In this document: piece by piece, positions 1 through 8,048 of the stretch
How positions within the stretch are numbered: position 1 is the stretch's first letter
How the letters are laid out: every line of letters begins with the position of its first letter
NCBI GenBank assembly: GCA_017526205.1
Contig: JAFXRP010000035.1
Location: forward strand, 41,268 to 73,267
Reading direction: 5' to 3'
Length of the DNA: 32,000 bases
Origin: Bacteroidales bacterium
Lineage (GTDB): Bacteria; Bacteroidota; Bacteroidia; Bacteroidales; ML635J-15
Translations under genes and position numbers: made by a program
Notes under the pieces: generated by a model
Database searches by the model: none
Told to the model about the DNA's origin: nothing
Seen by the model: only the letters and a program-made list of their open reading frames with translations

Positions 1-179
1 CCAGCAAGACTGTTTTCTGTCTTTATTCTTGTTTCTATCCCTGTCACATATATGTTGTTGTCTGCTACGCATTTTTCGAGTTGCGCACGCACAATTTCCC
101 TCATTTTTTCGAATATCGCTATATTCTCACGATATTCGTCAAGAATCATCTGACAGTGAAAATCAAGATTGTATTCCAT
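1..179 (-). CDS. RelA/SpoT-domain small alarmone synthetase-like protein (5' part only; gene runs off the window edge)
   Basis: Absent from the ORF track because the window truncates it. Hand translation of the minus strand from the ATG at 179-177 gives MEYNLDFHCQMILDEYRENIAIFEKMREIVRAQLEKCVADNNIYVTGIETRIKTENSLAG, with no stop down to position 1. The LxEY...F...L...I..RIKxxxSLxxK pattern is the typical N-terminus of single-domain RelA_SpoT (p)ppGpp synthetases. It starts 21 nt after the STAS gene stop on the same strand. Confidence 0.5.
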   Translation of the reverse strand, partial: MEYNLDFHCQMILDEYRENIAIFEKMREIVRAQLEKCVADNNIYVTGIETRIKTENSLA

Positions 180-200
180 ATACAAGCCTTAGGCAAAAAA

Positions 201-503
201 TTAAACTATCTTGATTATGTTTGAGAAGCCTGTTATGTCGAAGATTTCCTTCACATTAGGCTTCATGTTTTTCAAAACAAGATTTCCCTTTCGTGAAGTG
301 ACACTTTTCTGTAACAAAAGAAACATTCTCAAACCTTGGCTTGATGTATATTCCAAACCCGTGCAGTCCATTTCGATGTCGGGATTATCGCCCTGCATAA
401 GTGGAGTAATGTCCTGCATAAACTTGTCGGCTGTTGTCGTGTCAAGTCGTCCGTTCAAAACTACAAAAGTCTTGTTTCCTGTATTTTCAATATTAACTTC
501 CAT
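201..503 (-). CDS. STAS-domain anti-sigma-factor antagonist (SpoIIAA/RsbV-like)
   Basis: 100-aa ORF with ATG at 503. It has a STAS-like block containing a candidate phosphorylatable serine, DCTGLEYTSSQGLRMFL (compare D..xxxxDSSGL in SpoIIAA/RsbV). It begins 9 nt after the phosphatase stop. Confidence 0.85.
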   Translation of the reverse strand: MEVNIENTGNKTFVVLNGRLDTTTADKFMQDITPLMQGDNPDIEMDCTGLEYTSSQGLRMFLLLQKSVTSRKGNLVLKNMKPNVKEIFDITGFSNIIKIV

Positions 504-512
504 AAATATATC

Positions 513-2417
513 TTATATTTTTATTGCAAAAATTGTTATATCATCATTCTGTTCGTTGTCACCAGCAAAGCTCTTAACCGTATCCAATACTGCCGAAACC
601 ATTTCTTCGGGATTTAGATTCTTGAATTCGGGTGTTGAAACAAACTGCAGGAGCCGTTCTTCGCCAAATTGTTCCTTGTCGGCTTTTTCTGCTTCTGTTA
701 CACCATCAGTGTAAAGCAGGAGCCTTGTTCCTGGGCACAAATCCAAACTTTCGGAATTGTATTCGAAACCATTCCATACACCTACAGCCATATTCGGAAT
801 CGCCTTGAGATAGTATGGCTTTTCATCGGGAGGAATGACAATTATCGGGTTGTGTCCTGCGTTGCATAATTCCATCTTTTTGGTTTCAAGGTCGATACAT
901 CCCACAAACAAGGTAACGAACATATTTGCCTCATTGTTCTTGGCAACACTATTGTTTATCCTTGTTACAACATCCTTGGCAGGCAATCCTAAATCGGCAA
1001 ACAAGTGACACATTACCCTCGTTATAGCCATTACGAAAGCTGCAGGTACGCCCTTTCCCGAAACATCTCCCACCGAGAAATAAAGATGGTTGTTGAAAAT
1101 TGTGAAATCGTAAAGGTCGCCACCGACTTCCTTTGCTGGAATCACCTTGGCATTAAGCGCGCATCGGCTGTCGTTTGGGAAATTCTTCGGAAGCATTCCT
1201 TCCTGTATTTTCTGGCCGATGTATAACTGTGTTTCCATGCGCTTCTTGGCCGATGTTGCCGTTTCAATTTGCTCAAGGTATGTCACTAAGGACTGTTGCA
1301 TGAACGCCAACGAGTCGCGTAGTATTAGAATCTCATCTTTCGACTTAACCTCAGGAAGCTGGGTATGGAAATCACCATTTGCGATATTCAGGGCAGAAAC
1401 GGAGAATTCTTTTATCGGCTTCGTAAGTTTCTTTATTATGCGATAGCATATTATGAACATTATCAGCAAGCCCAACAACCCTACTATGATAAGTACGAGA
1501 TGCATTTGAGAGGTTCGCTCAAGCACTTCGCTGTACTGGCAGGTTATTGACATCGACCAGCCGTTATCAAGTGGCGCATATACGGCAAACGCCAGTCCAC
1601 TTCTGGTAGAAAACCGCATTGTTCCGCTATCACCGGCAACCATACACCTCGATATCTCCGTTAGACTTCCGTTAAACAAGGTATCGGCTACTTCAATTGC
1701 CGATTCGCCGGCAAGATTAAATTCCGAACCAGATGTAAGGAATCTGCCTTGTGCGCTAATGAGTATGGTTTGCGAATGTTCGTACGGATGTATTGCTGAA
1801 ACTTTTTCCGAAAGCCAATCAAGCGAAATATCGGCAGTGATAATAGCGTATATGCGACCAGTGGAGTCTTTTAGCGGATAACTGTATGTTGTCATCATTT
1901 GCTCGCCACCACCAGCATCAAAGTATGGCTCGCTCCAATGCGAATTACCAGTATTTTTAGGTACGGTGTACCATTCCTGTGTAAAGTAGTCGTTTGTCTC
2001 GGATCCTAGTTCCTTGCTTTTAAGTTCGTGGGTAATAGCATCTTCGTATGAATATGGTGAAAAGAAATGCCTGCCTTCAAAATAGCACGAGTCGAAAGCT
2101 ATGGCACTGCCTATGATGTATGTGTTTTCTTCTACAACCTTGCGTGTAATGTGATAAAGGTAATCTTCGTCCGTATCATTTTCCTTTGCCAGCCACGAAG
2201 CGTCCTTCACAGTGGACTCCACAGTCTGCAAGGTTTTCTCAACATCGAGTATTGTGGCTTTCAGTATGTTTGATGCGCTTCGCTTTGCCTCATCGGAAAT
2301 AAGCAGATGAGACGATACCGCAACAATGCTAAGTACAATCACAAATAAGATTGTAACTATCAGCAGCACATTGAGGCTTAATCTCGTTGAAAATGATTTT
2401 GATTTTGAACGAATCAT
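513..2417 (-). CDS. Membrane sensor PP2C (SpoIIE/RsbU-family) serine phosphatase with extracytoplasmic Cache-like domain and HAMP linker
   Basis: 634 aa. Domain order: TM1 (LNVLLIVTILFVIVLSIVAV); a roughly 270-aa Cache-like region (WYTVPK..HWSEPYFDAGGGEQMMTTYSYPL..ADISLDWL); TM2 (LVLIIVGLLGLLIMFIICY); a HAMP-like segment; and a C-terminal PP2C/SpoIIE domain (PAKEVGGDLYDF, GDVSGKGVPAAFVMA, LLLYTDGVTEA, NDDITIFAIKI). Confidence 0.85.
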   Translation of the reverse strand: MIRSKSKSFSTRLSLNVLLIVTILFVIVLSIVAVSSHLLISDEAKRSASNILKATILDVEKTLQTVESTVKDASWLAKENDTDEDYLYHITRKVVEENTYIIGSAIAFDSCYFEGRHFFSPYSYEDAITHELKSKELGSETNDYFTQEWYTVPKNTGNSHWSEPYFDAGGGEQMMTTYSYPLKDSTGRIYAIITADISLDWLSEKVSAIHPYEHSQTILISAQGRFLTSGSEFNLAGESAIEVADTLFNGSLTEISRCMVAGDSGTMRFSTRSGLAFAVYAPLDNGWSMSITCQYSEVLERTSQMHLVLIIVGLLGLLIMFIICYRIIKKLTKPIKEFSVSALNIANGDFHTQLPEVKSKDEILILRDSLAFMQQSLVTYLEQIETATSAKKRMETQLYIGQKIQEGMLPKNFPNDSRCALNAKVIPAKEVGGDLYDFTIFNNHLYFSVGDVSGKGVPAAFVMAITRVMCHLFADLGLPAKDVVTRINNSVAKNNEANMFVTLFVGCIDLETKKMELCNAGHNPIIVIPPDEKPYYLKAIPNMAVGVWNGFEYNSESLDLCPGTRLLLYTDGVTEAEKADKEQFGEERLLQFVSTPEFKNLNPEEMVSAVLDTVKSFAGDNEQNDDITIFAIKI

Positions 2418-2422
2418 AGCAC

Positions 2423-2833
2423 CTATTCTTTAGCGATTTCCTTTTTCATTGTAAGAATATTGCATCCGTCCTCGTAGCGGTACTGAACATCGTCCATAAG
2501 TTGCTTACAAAGATAAATGCCCAAACCACCGATTTCCCTCTCTTCGAGAGGCAAGTTGATATCGGGATCCTCTTTTTCGAGCGGATTAAACGGTTTTCCT
2601 GCATCCTTCAATGTAATTGTAAGTGCAAAACCATTTTTTTCGAGGGCGGTGCCGACTTCCATCCATCCAATACCATCCTTGTAGGCGTACTGAACAACAT
2701 TCTCTACAGTTTCCTCTATGGAAAGTCTCAACTTGAACCGCAAATCTTCGTCTTTAGGCATATCTGGAGACGACATGAGATACTCAATAATCTCTGCAGC
2801 TTTATCCTTAATCGGATTGAACAGTTTCTTCAT
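2423..2833 (-). CDS. RsbW/SpoIIAB-type anti-sigma regulatory serine kinase (GHKL ATPase)
   Basis: The ORF-track start at 2839 is TTG; the first ATG is at 2833 (MKKLFNPIK...). GHKL motifs are present: N-box EETVENVVQYAY, G1 DAGKPFNP, G2 EIGGLGIYL. The stop lies 5 nt before the phosphatase ATG. Confidence 0.8.
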   Translation of the reverse strand: MKKLFNPIKDKAAEIIEYLMSSPDMPKDEDLRFKLRLSIEETVENVVQYAYKDGIGWMEVGTALEKNGFALTITLKDAGKPFNPLEKEDPDINLPLEEREIGGLGIYLCKQLMDDVQYRYEDGCNILTMKKEIAKE

Positions 2834-2853
2834 TTTCAAAAAAAATTAGTGGA

Positions 2854-2861
2854 CAAATTTA
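2854..2861 (-). promoter_or_regulatory. Candidate Bacteroidetes -7 promoter box (TAAATTTG)
   Basis: The reverse complement of caaattta matches TAnnTTTG, 20 nt upstream of the kinase ATG (2833). It sits in the 44-nt gap after the Na/Pi transporter stop. Confidence 0.35.
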
Positions 2862-2877
2862 CATAAAAATTGTTTTT

Positions 2878-4554
2878 CTATACCAACCTTCGTATAGATT
2901 TTCCAACATTTATCAAGTGGTCGGCAACACGCTCGGCATTGGACGACAATGAAAGGTATTCTGCACCTACATCAGGAGAACAAAGTCCAAGCGACATTCG
3001 AGCTATATGGCTAGTTTCCATATGCTTGGTATACTCATCTATCTTATCCTCTATCTTGTCGGCTTCGGCAAAAGCATTTAAATCCTCATCGTTGTATGCC
3101 AGCATTATCTTGTCGTATAGCTTGTTAATAAGTGTGCGCACATTCTCGATTTCCTCCACCGCCTGCGATGAAAACTTTTCGCCCGACTCCTTAAGCATAC
3201 CTGCATACTCGACAATGTTTTCGGCATAGTCGCCTATACGCTCAATGTCGCGAACAGTGCGGAATGTAGTAGTAAGATAGTTATGGTCTTTTTCACTCAA
3301 CTGCCTCTTTTTCGACAACTTAACCACATAATCAATGATTGCGGTGTTGAGGAAATTCAACTGATTCTCCTCTTTTGCAAACTTATCCTTCTCAGTGAAA
3401 TCCAACTTGGTAACAATGTCCAACGAACGATTAAAATTTCCGATAGCAATCTGCGCCATGTTTACAATCTCGCGCTTTGTCTGTTGCACTGCCACAGGCG
3501 GAGTCAGCAACATGTTGTCATCGACAAAGAAAAGTCGTGGACTGTCGGGATCGGTTTCAACCTTGTCGGGAATCATCTTGCAAACCAACTTCACGAGTGC
3601 ACCAGTCAGCGGAAGAACTATTATTACGGTAGCCACATTGAATATCGTATGGAACATAGCAAGCTGCACCTGCGGCACATCGGGGAACATCCTGTGGAAA
3701 ATATTTCCAAAACTCATATCCTTGGAAAACAATCCCATGACAAATGACGCCACAAGGAACAAAACAGCACCGCTGACATTGAATATCAAGTGAATCATTG
3801 CAGTACGTTGTGCATTTCGTCCGCTCGTCACACCAGCTACGATTGCCACAACGCATGAACCGACATTTGAACCTATTGTCAGGAAAATGCCTTGGTCGAG
3901 AGTTATAAGCCCTGTGACTACCATAGCAAGCGCAATGGATGTCATTACAGATGAACTTTGTATGATGGCTGTGAAAATTGCACCGATAAGCACCAGCAGG
4001 ATCGGATTGCTGATTCCTGCAAGGAAAGTTTTTACCGCTTCCATTTCGGCAAAGTCCGACATCGACGAACTCATCAGGCTCAATCCGACGAACAGCATAC
4101 CGAATCCAGTAAAAATTCCGCCCATGCGCTTCCAAAAGTCGCTTTTCGAGAACAGCATTGCGAAAGCACCAATGCCTGCAAATGCAGAGAAAATTACGGT
4201 TGTGGAAAGCACATTTTCGCCAAACATACCTAGGGCAACAATCTGCGCTGTGATGGTAGTACCAATGTTTGCACCGTATATCATGGTCGCCGCCTGGGCA
4301 AGTGAGATTATTCCCGCATTCACGAAACCTATGACCATCACGGTGGTAGCACCAGAACTCTGGATGGCTGCCGTACCAAGAGCTCCAATTCCTACTCCAA
4401 GTAATTTGCTCTTCGAGGCTTTTGCAAATAGATTCTTTAGTTTGCTCGAACTTGCCGACTCGAGGTTTGAACTCATCATCTGACACGCGATAAGGAAGAT
4501 TCCGATGCCGGAAAGCAGTGTCAGTATTGCTGAAATTATAGCTGTTGTTGTCAT
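2878..4554 (-). CDS. Na+/phosphate cotransporter family protein with C-terminal PhoU-like repeats
   Basis: The N-terminal half is polytopic and has two Na/Pi-cotransporter signature repeats (QSSGATTVMVIGFVNAG; QSSSVMTSIALAMV). The C-terminal half has two PhoU-like helical repeats (RDIERIGDYAENI; SNAERVADHLINV). The track start at 4605 is GTG. ATGs occur at 4584 (MAKCC..) and 4554 (MTTTAIIS..); I chose 4554, but the start is uncertain. Confidence 0.85.
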   Translation of the reverse strand: MTTTAIISAILTLLSGIGIFLIACQMMSSNLESASSSKLKNLFAKASKSKLLGVGIGALGTAAIQSSGATTVMVIGFVNAGIISLAQAATMIYGANIGTTITAQIVALGMFGENVLSTTVIFSAFAGIGAFAMLFSKSDFWKRMGGIFTGFGMLFVGLSLMSSSMSDFAEMEAVKTFLAGISNPILLVLIGAIFTAIIQSSSVMTSIALAMVVTGLITLDQGIFLTIGSNVGSCVVAIVAGVTSGRNAQRTAMIHLIFNVSGAVLFLVASFVMGLFSKDMSFGNIFHRMFPDVPQVQLAMFHTIFNVATVIIVLPLTGALVKLVCKMIPDKVETDPDSPRLFFVDDNMLLTPPVAVQQTKREIVNMAQIAIGNFNRSLDIVTKLDFTEKDKFAKEENQLNFLNTAIIDYVVKLSKKRQLSEKDHNYLTTTFRTVRDIERIGDYAENIVEYAGMLKESGEKFSSQAVEEIENVRTLINKLYDKIMLAYNDEDLNAFAEADKIEDKIDEYTKHMETSHIARMSLGLCSPDVGAEYLSLSSNAERVADHLINVGKSIRRLV

Positions 4555-4710
4555 TTCAAAAAAAGTGTCACAGCATTTTGCCATCGAATGTGAAAGGCAA
4601 AACACCTTGTTTCACAAAAAAAATTTTTTGCAAAATAAGCATTTTACAAGTTTCATTGAAAAAGGAAAATAATGTTATTCGGCATAATTTCTTAAGATTG
4701 GAATCAAATA

Positions 4711-4749
4711 AAAATTTTATAAGAAAAGTTATAATAATAAAAATTATAA
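4711..4749 (+). repeat. Left copy of a 39-nt direct repeat flanking the ATPase gene
   Basis: aaaattttataagaaaagttataataataaaaattataa matches 5916-5954 at 36/39 positions (hand alignment). Confidence 0.7.
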
Positions 4750-4750
4750 T

Positions 4751-4758
4751 TATTTTTG
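4751..4758 (+). promoter_or_regulatory. Candidate -7 promoter box (TATTTTTG)
   Basis: Matches TAnnTTTG, 20 nt upstream of the ATG at 4779. Confidence 0.35.
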
Positions 4759-4778
4759 CAATGTAAAATATTAATGTT

Positions 4779-5915
4779 ATGAAAGTTGGAAATCCATTTA
4801 TAATAACAGGGAAATATGTATCTGACGAATATTTCTGTGACAGGGAAAAAGAATCGGCTGAACTGGTGTCAAATATAACAAACTGGCGCAATACGGTTTT
4901 AGTATCACAACGAAGAATGGGCAAATCGGGACTTATTGAACATGTATTTGCAACACCAGAAATATCAAAGGATTACGAAACATTTTTCGTTGACATATAC
5001 GACACTGCAAACATTGAGGATTTTATTTTGCTGCTTGGAAAAGAAATATGCACAAGACTACAATCACGAGGAGAAAGACTTATGGAAAAGTTTCTTATGA
5101 CAGCAAATTCTATAGTCGCATCGTTCAGCGCCGACCCAATAACGGGTATGCCATCAATTGATTTAAGTCTAAACGGAACAAATTCAGCAGGCAGAACATT
5201 GGAACAAATATTCAAGTTCATGGAAAACAACGTAAGACCATGCGTTGTAGCAATTGATGAGTTCCAGCAAATAGCAGACTATCATGACGGCAGAAAAATT
5301 ATTGCAACCCTGCGCAAACTAGTACAAAACTGCAAGCAAACTCGTTTCATTTTTGCAGGTAGCAACCGAAGAATGATGGGACAACTATTCAATTCTCCAT
5401 CTGAACCATTCTTTATGAGTTGCACTCCTTTGTATTTGGAAGCTATTTCGTTCGACAAGTACGGAGAGTTTGTGGAAAGACATTTTGAAAACAACGGTAA
5501 ACATATTGAAAAACAATGCATTGAATCTGTCTATAAGGCATACGATGGTCATACATGGTACATTCAGTATATATTTAACCGCATTTTTGAAAATACAGCA
5601 AAAGGCGAAACCGCCAACGAACAATCTGTTGAAATTGCAGTTTGCAATATTCTTGACATTTTCGGACATTTTTTCCAAGAAATGTTAATTGCAGTTTCCG
5701 AAAGACAGAAATCCTTGCTAATCGCTTTGGCGAAAGAAGGCAAGGTAAAAAATATTACTGGAACAAATTTTATTACTGACAACAAACTGAAAACAGCAAG
5801 CGCTGTTCAAGGAGCATTGAAACCATTAATTGAAAACAAAACCATAACTAGAGAAGAAGAATTTTACCGCATTACAAACAGATTTTTCTCTATCTGGTTG
5901 GCAAGAAGGTATTAG
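4779..5915 (+). CDS. Orphan AAA-type ATP-binding protein (archaeal-ATPase/ATPase_2-like family)
   Basis: 378 aa with Walker A SQRRMGKSGL and Walker B VVAIDEFQ. The overall pattern resembles the multi-copy ATP-binding proteins of Bacteroidales. There are no functionally related neighbours. Confidence 0.7.
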   Translation: MKVGNPFIITGKYVSDEYFCDREKESAELVSNITNWRNTVLVSQRRMGKSGLIEHVFATPEISKDYETFFVDIYDTANIEDFILLLGKEICTRLQSRGERLMEKFLMTANSIVASFSADPITGMPSIDLSLNGTNSAGRTLEQIFKFMENNVRPCVVAIDEFQQIADYHDGRKIIATLRKLVQNCKQTRFIFAGSNRRMMGQLFNSPSEPFFMSCTPLYLEAISFDKYGEFVERHFENNGKHIEKQCIESVYKAYDGHTWYIQYIFNRIFENTAKGETANEQSVEIAVCNILDIFGHFFQEMLIAVSERQKSLLIALAKEGKVKNITGTNFITDNKLKTASAVQGALKPLIENKTITREEEFYRITNRFFSIWLARRY

Positions 5916-5954
5916 AAATTTTTATAAGAAAAATTATAATAATAAACATTATAA
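5916..5954 (+). repeat. Right copy of the 39-nt direct repeat
   Basis: aaatttttataagaaaaattataataataaacattataa begins immediately after the ATPase TAG stop (5913-5915). It matches 4711-4749 at 36/39 positions. Confidence 0.7.
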
Positions 5955-6026
5955 AACCAACCTCTAATTATCGCATAATATTAATACATAGTGTTTTATC
6001 AATCATAACACTTTGCAAAACTGCAT

Positions 6027-6053
6027 AAAAAAAGAATGTCTTTTGACATTCTT
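6027..6053 (-). terminator. Intrinsic terminator downstream of tRNA-fMet
   Basis: The minus strand reads aagaatgtc-aaaa-gacattctt followed by a T run: a 9-bp stem, a 4-nt loop and a U tract. It starts about 5 nt after the tRNA CCA end. Confidence 0.7.
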
Positions 6054-6057
6054 AACT

Positions 6058-6133
<76 letters not shown>

Positions 6134-6143
6134 ATTGCGGGTG

Positions 6144-6151
6144 CAAAAGTA
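6144..6151 (-). promoter_or_regulatory. Candidate -7 promoter box (TACTTTTG) for the tRNA
   Basis: The reverse complement of caaaagta matches TAnnTTTG, 10 nt upstream of the mature tRNA 5' end. Confidence 0.4.
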
Positions 6152-6246
6152 CAACAAAAATTGAAAATTGCAAAAAGTTTTTTGAAATGTTTGTAGATTT
6201 AACAATTTGACGATTAATTACGTCAAGCCAAAAGTTTAATAAATTA

Positions 6247-6290
6247 ATGATTATCAATTGTTAATTATACATTGTCCATTATCAATTAGA
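6247..6290. repeat. Copy A of a roughly 44-nt intergenic element (partner at 31667-31710)
   Basis: atgattatcaattgttaattatacattgtccattatcaattaga matches ataattatcaattgttaattgtacattatccattattaatttga at 39/44 positions. It contains a near-palindrome centred on CAATTG and abuts the porin gene stop codon. Confidence 0.7.
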
Positions 6291-8037
6291 ACAAATATGT
6301 CAACCCCACCATTGCATTGAATCCCTGTGCACGGTAGTTGTTCCAAATGTAGTAGCGCTGACAGGCAATGTTGTTGAGATAAAGGAATGCGCTGAAATTG
6401 TCGTCGAACTTATATTCTCCAAAGAGGTTAACATCAATCACAGCCTTCATCTTCTTGGCATACTGTACGCCTTCAACATATTCCTTTGCATAGCACCTGT
6501 TCAGGAAATAACCTTCCACACCAAAAGAAATCTTGTTGGTAAGACGGTACGAAGCCCTCAGACTGACATCCAAGTCTGGCATCTGCCACGGACGCGCATC
6601 AGCAATTTTGGGAGAATTAAGCACATTCGGATCTCCCAATTTGATATAATAGTAGTAGTGCGCCTTCAGCATAATGTCAAGTCCTGGAGAAAGGTCACGC
6701 ATCGAAAGTTCGGCGTATGCACCAACACGGTCAACATCCATATATTCCATCCTGAACTTGTTGTGCAATGGTTCAAGGGTATCATTTACAAAGAATACCA
6801 TCTTGTCGATATGCGAGTAGTTGGCATTGACATGTAAGTAAACCTTTTTACTTATGTTTGCCTTTAAGCCCAAGTTAACTTCGTGCTGATAACTTGTGTT
6901 AACATAAGGAAAACTAATTACAAAAGGATTTATGGTCGAAAGATACTCTAGGTTATTGTTCTCCAAATGTCCGCCATAGCTAATATATGGCAGCAAAGTA
7001 TTGCTGATATTCAACTGTGCATATACATCGGGGTATATATAAAATTTATTTGTAGAACCAGCACTATAAACCAAATTAGCACCTGCTTTTACGTTCCATT
7101 TTTCGTTCTCGAAACGGAAATATGGTTCTGGATTAAAAAACATATCATTAATAGTATTATTAACCCACGATATCTTGTTGGCATTGAACAGATAATTAAT
7201 ATCCACTCCGTAGCTGATATTCTTCACTGTACGACCAATATTTGCAATAACATCAATCTTATGCTGATAGTCCTTTGTCTTGGTAAAGAGATACTGGTAA
7301 CCTAATCCGAACTTATAATTCCAATGCTTCTTGCCAGTCTGCTGAGATTCGAAAGCCATGTTAGCCCCTACCCTACTAAAACGTTGTTTTTCGACCTCAT
7401 CGCGGGTATCAACATAATCAAAGGTTTCCCAGTTTATAGTATCGGTATTGCCATAAACCTTCGGGTCGTAACCGTAATAGCAGATTCCGTTGGACGAGAA
7501 ATAAACCTTACCCGAAAGCACCGACTTTGCAAACAATTTCTTGCCGAATGCCTCAATGCGACTGTCATCATATCCCGAATAAATCTTCTGGTTCAGGTAG
7601 TTCTTTATCTTGCCGAATGACGAATGGTGGTGAGCTGCAATGCCTAACGAATAATTCTTCTGGCGTTTTGAATTGATATACAGCTCGGCAAATGGCGAAA
7701 TGTAGTTTCCATATCCTACCTTAACAAAGCCAGTATTCAATGGTTTCAACGCTTCTCCCTTAACTGTTGCCGCAGAAATCTTCTGTGGAGTAAAGCTTGT
7801 GCGGTACATCGTAGGCATTACCGAATATTCAAACTTTGGTTCGGTCTTCACGGTGTCGGCAATCACAGGAAGGCTCTGGATTCTGCTGGCATCCTTCAGC
7901 ACCGGCGAATAATCGTTGTAAATGACAACCGTCTGTTCCTCAAGGGTATTGTCCTCCTGAGCCATAAGGCTACATCCTAGCACAACAAATGCTATCAGCA
8001 AGGTCAAATATTTCATATCATTAGTTTTTCGCTTCAT
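6286..8037 (-). CDS. Outer-membrane beta-barrel protein (putative porin family)
   Basis: The track start at 8043 is TTG; ATGs occur at 8037 (MKRKTNDMKYLTLLIAFVVLGCSLMAQ) and 8016. It has a signal peptide with a possible lipobox (VLGC). The sequence is Y/G/N-rich with an alternating beta-strand pattern and ends in the barrel signature GLTYLF. It begins about 10 nt after the TPR gene stop, so the two are probably co-transcribed. Confidence 0.6.
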   Translation of the reverse strand: MKRKTNDMKYLTLLIAFVVLGCSLMAQEDNTLEEQTVVIYNDYSPVLKDASRIQSLPVIADTVKTEPKFEYSVMPTMYRTSFTPQKISAATVKGEALKPLNTGFVKVGYGNYISPFAELYINSKRQKNYSLGIAAHHHSSFGKIKNYLNQKIYSGYDDSRIEAFGKKLFAKSVLSGKVYFSSNGICYYGYDPKVYGNTDTINWETFDYVDTRDEVEKQRFSRVGANMAFESQQTGKKHWNYKFGLGYQYLFTKTKDYQHKIDVIANIGRTVKNISYGVDINYLFNANKISWVNNTINDMFFNPEPYFRFENEKWNVKAGANLVYSAGSTNKFYIYPDVYAQLNISNTLLPYISYGGHLENNNLEYLSTINPFVISFPYVNTSYQHEVNLGLKANISKKVYLHVNANYSHIDKMVFFVNDTLEPLHNKFRMEYMDVDRVGAYAELSMRDLSPGLDIMLKAHYYYYIKLGDPNVLNSPKIADARPWQMPDLDVSLRASYRLTNKISFGVEGYFLNRCYAKEYVEGVQYAKKMKAVIDVNLFGEYKFDDNFSAFLYLNNIACQRYYIWNNYRAQGFNAMVGLTYLF

Positions 8038-8048
8038 TTCCAATCAGT

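Noticed and set aside
29-214. 61-aa ORF on the plus strand at the left edge
   Set aside because: It is antisense to the better-supported truncated RelA/SpoT-like ORF and to the end of the STAS gene. It has no start context or motifs.
3557-4486. 309-aa minus-strand and 198-aa/91-aa plus-strand alternative-frame ORFs inside the Na/Pi transporter gene
   Set aside because: They overlap a gene with clear family signatures. The translations are Cys/Arg/His-rich nonsense with no domain features.
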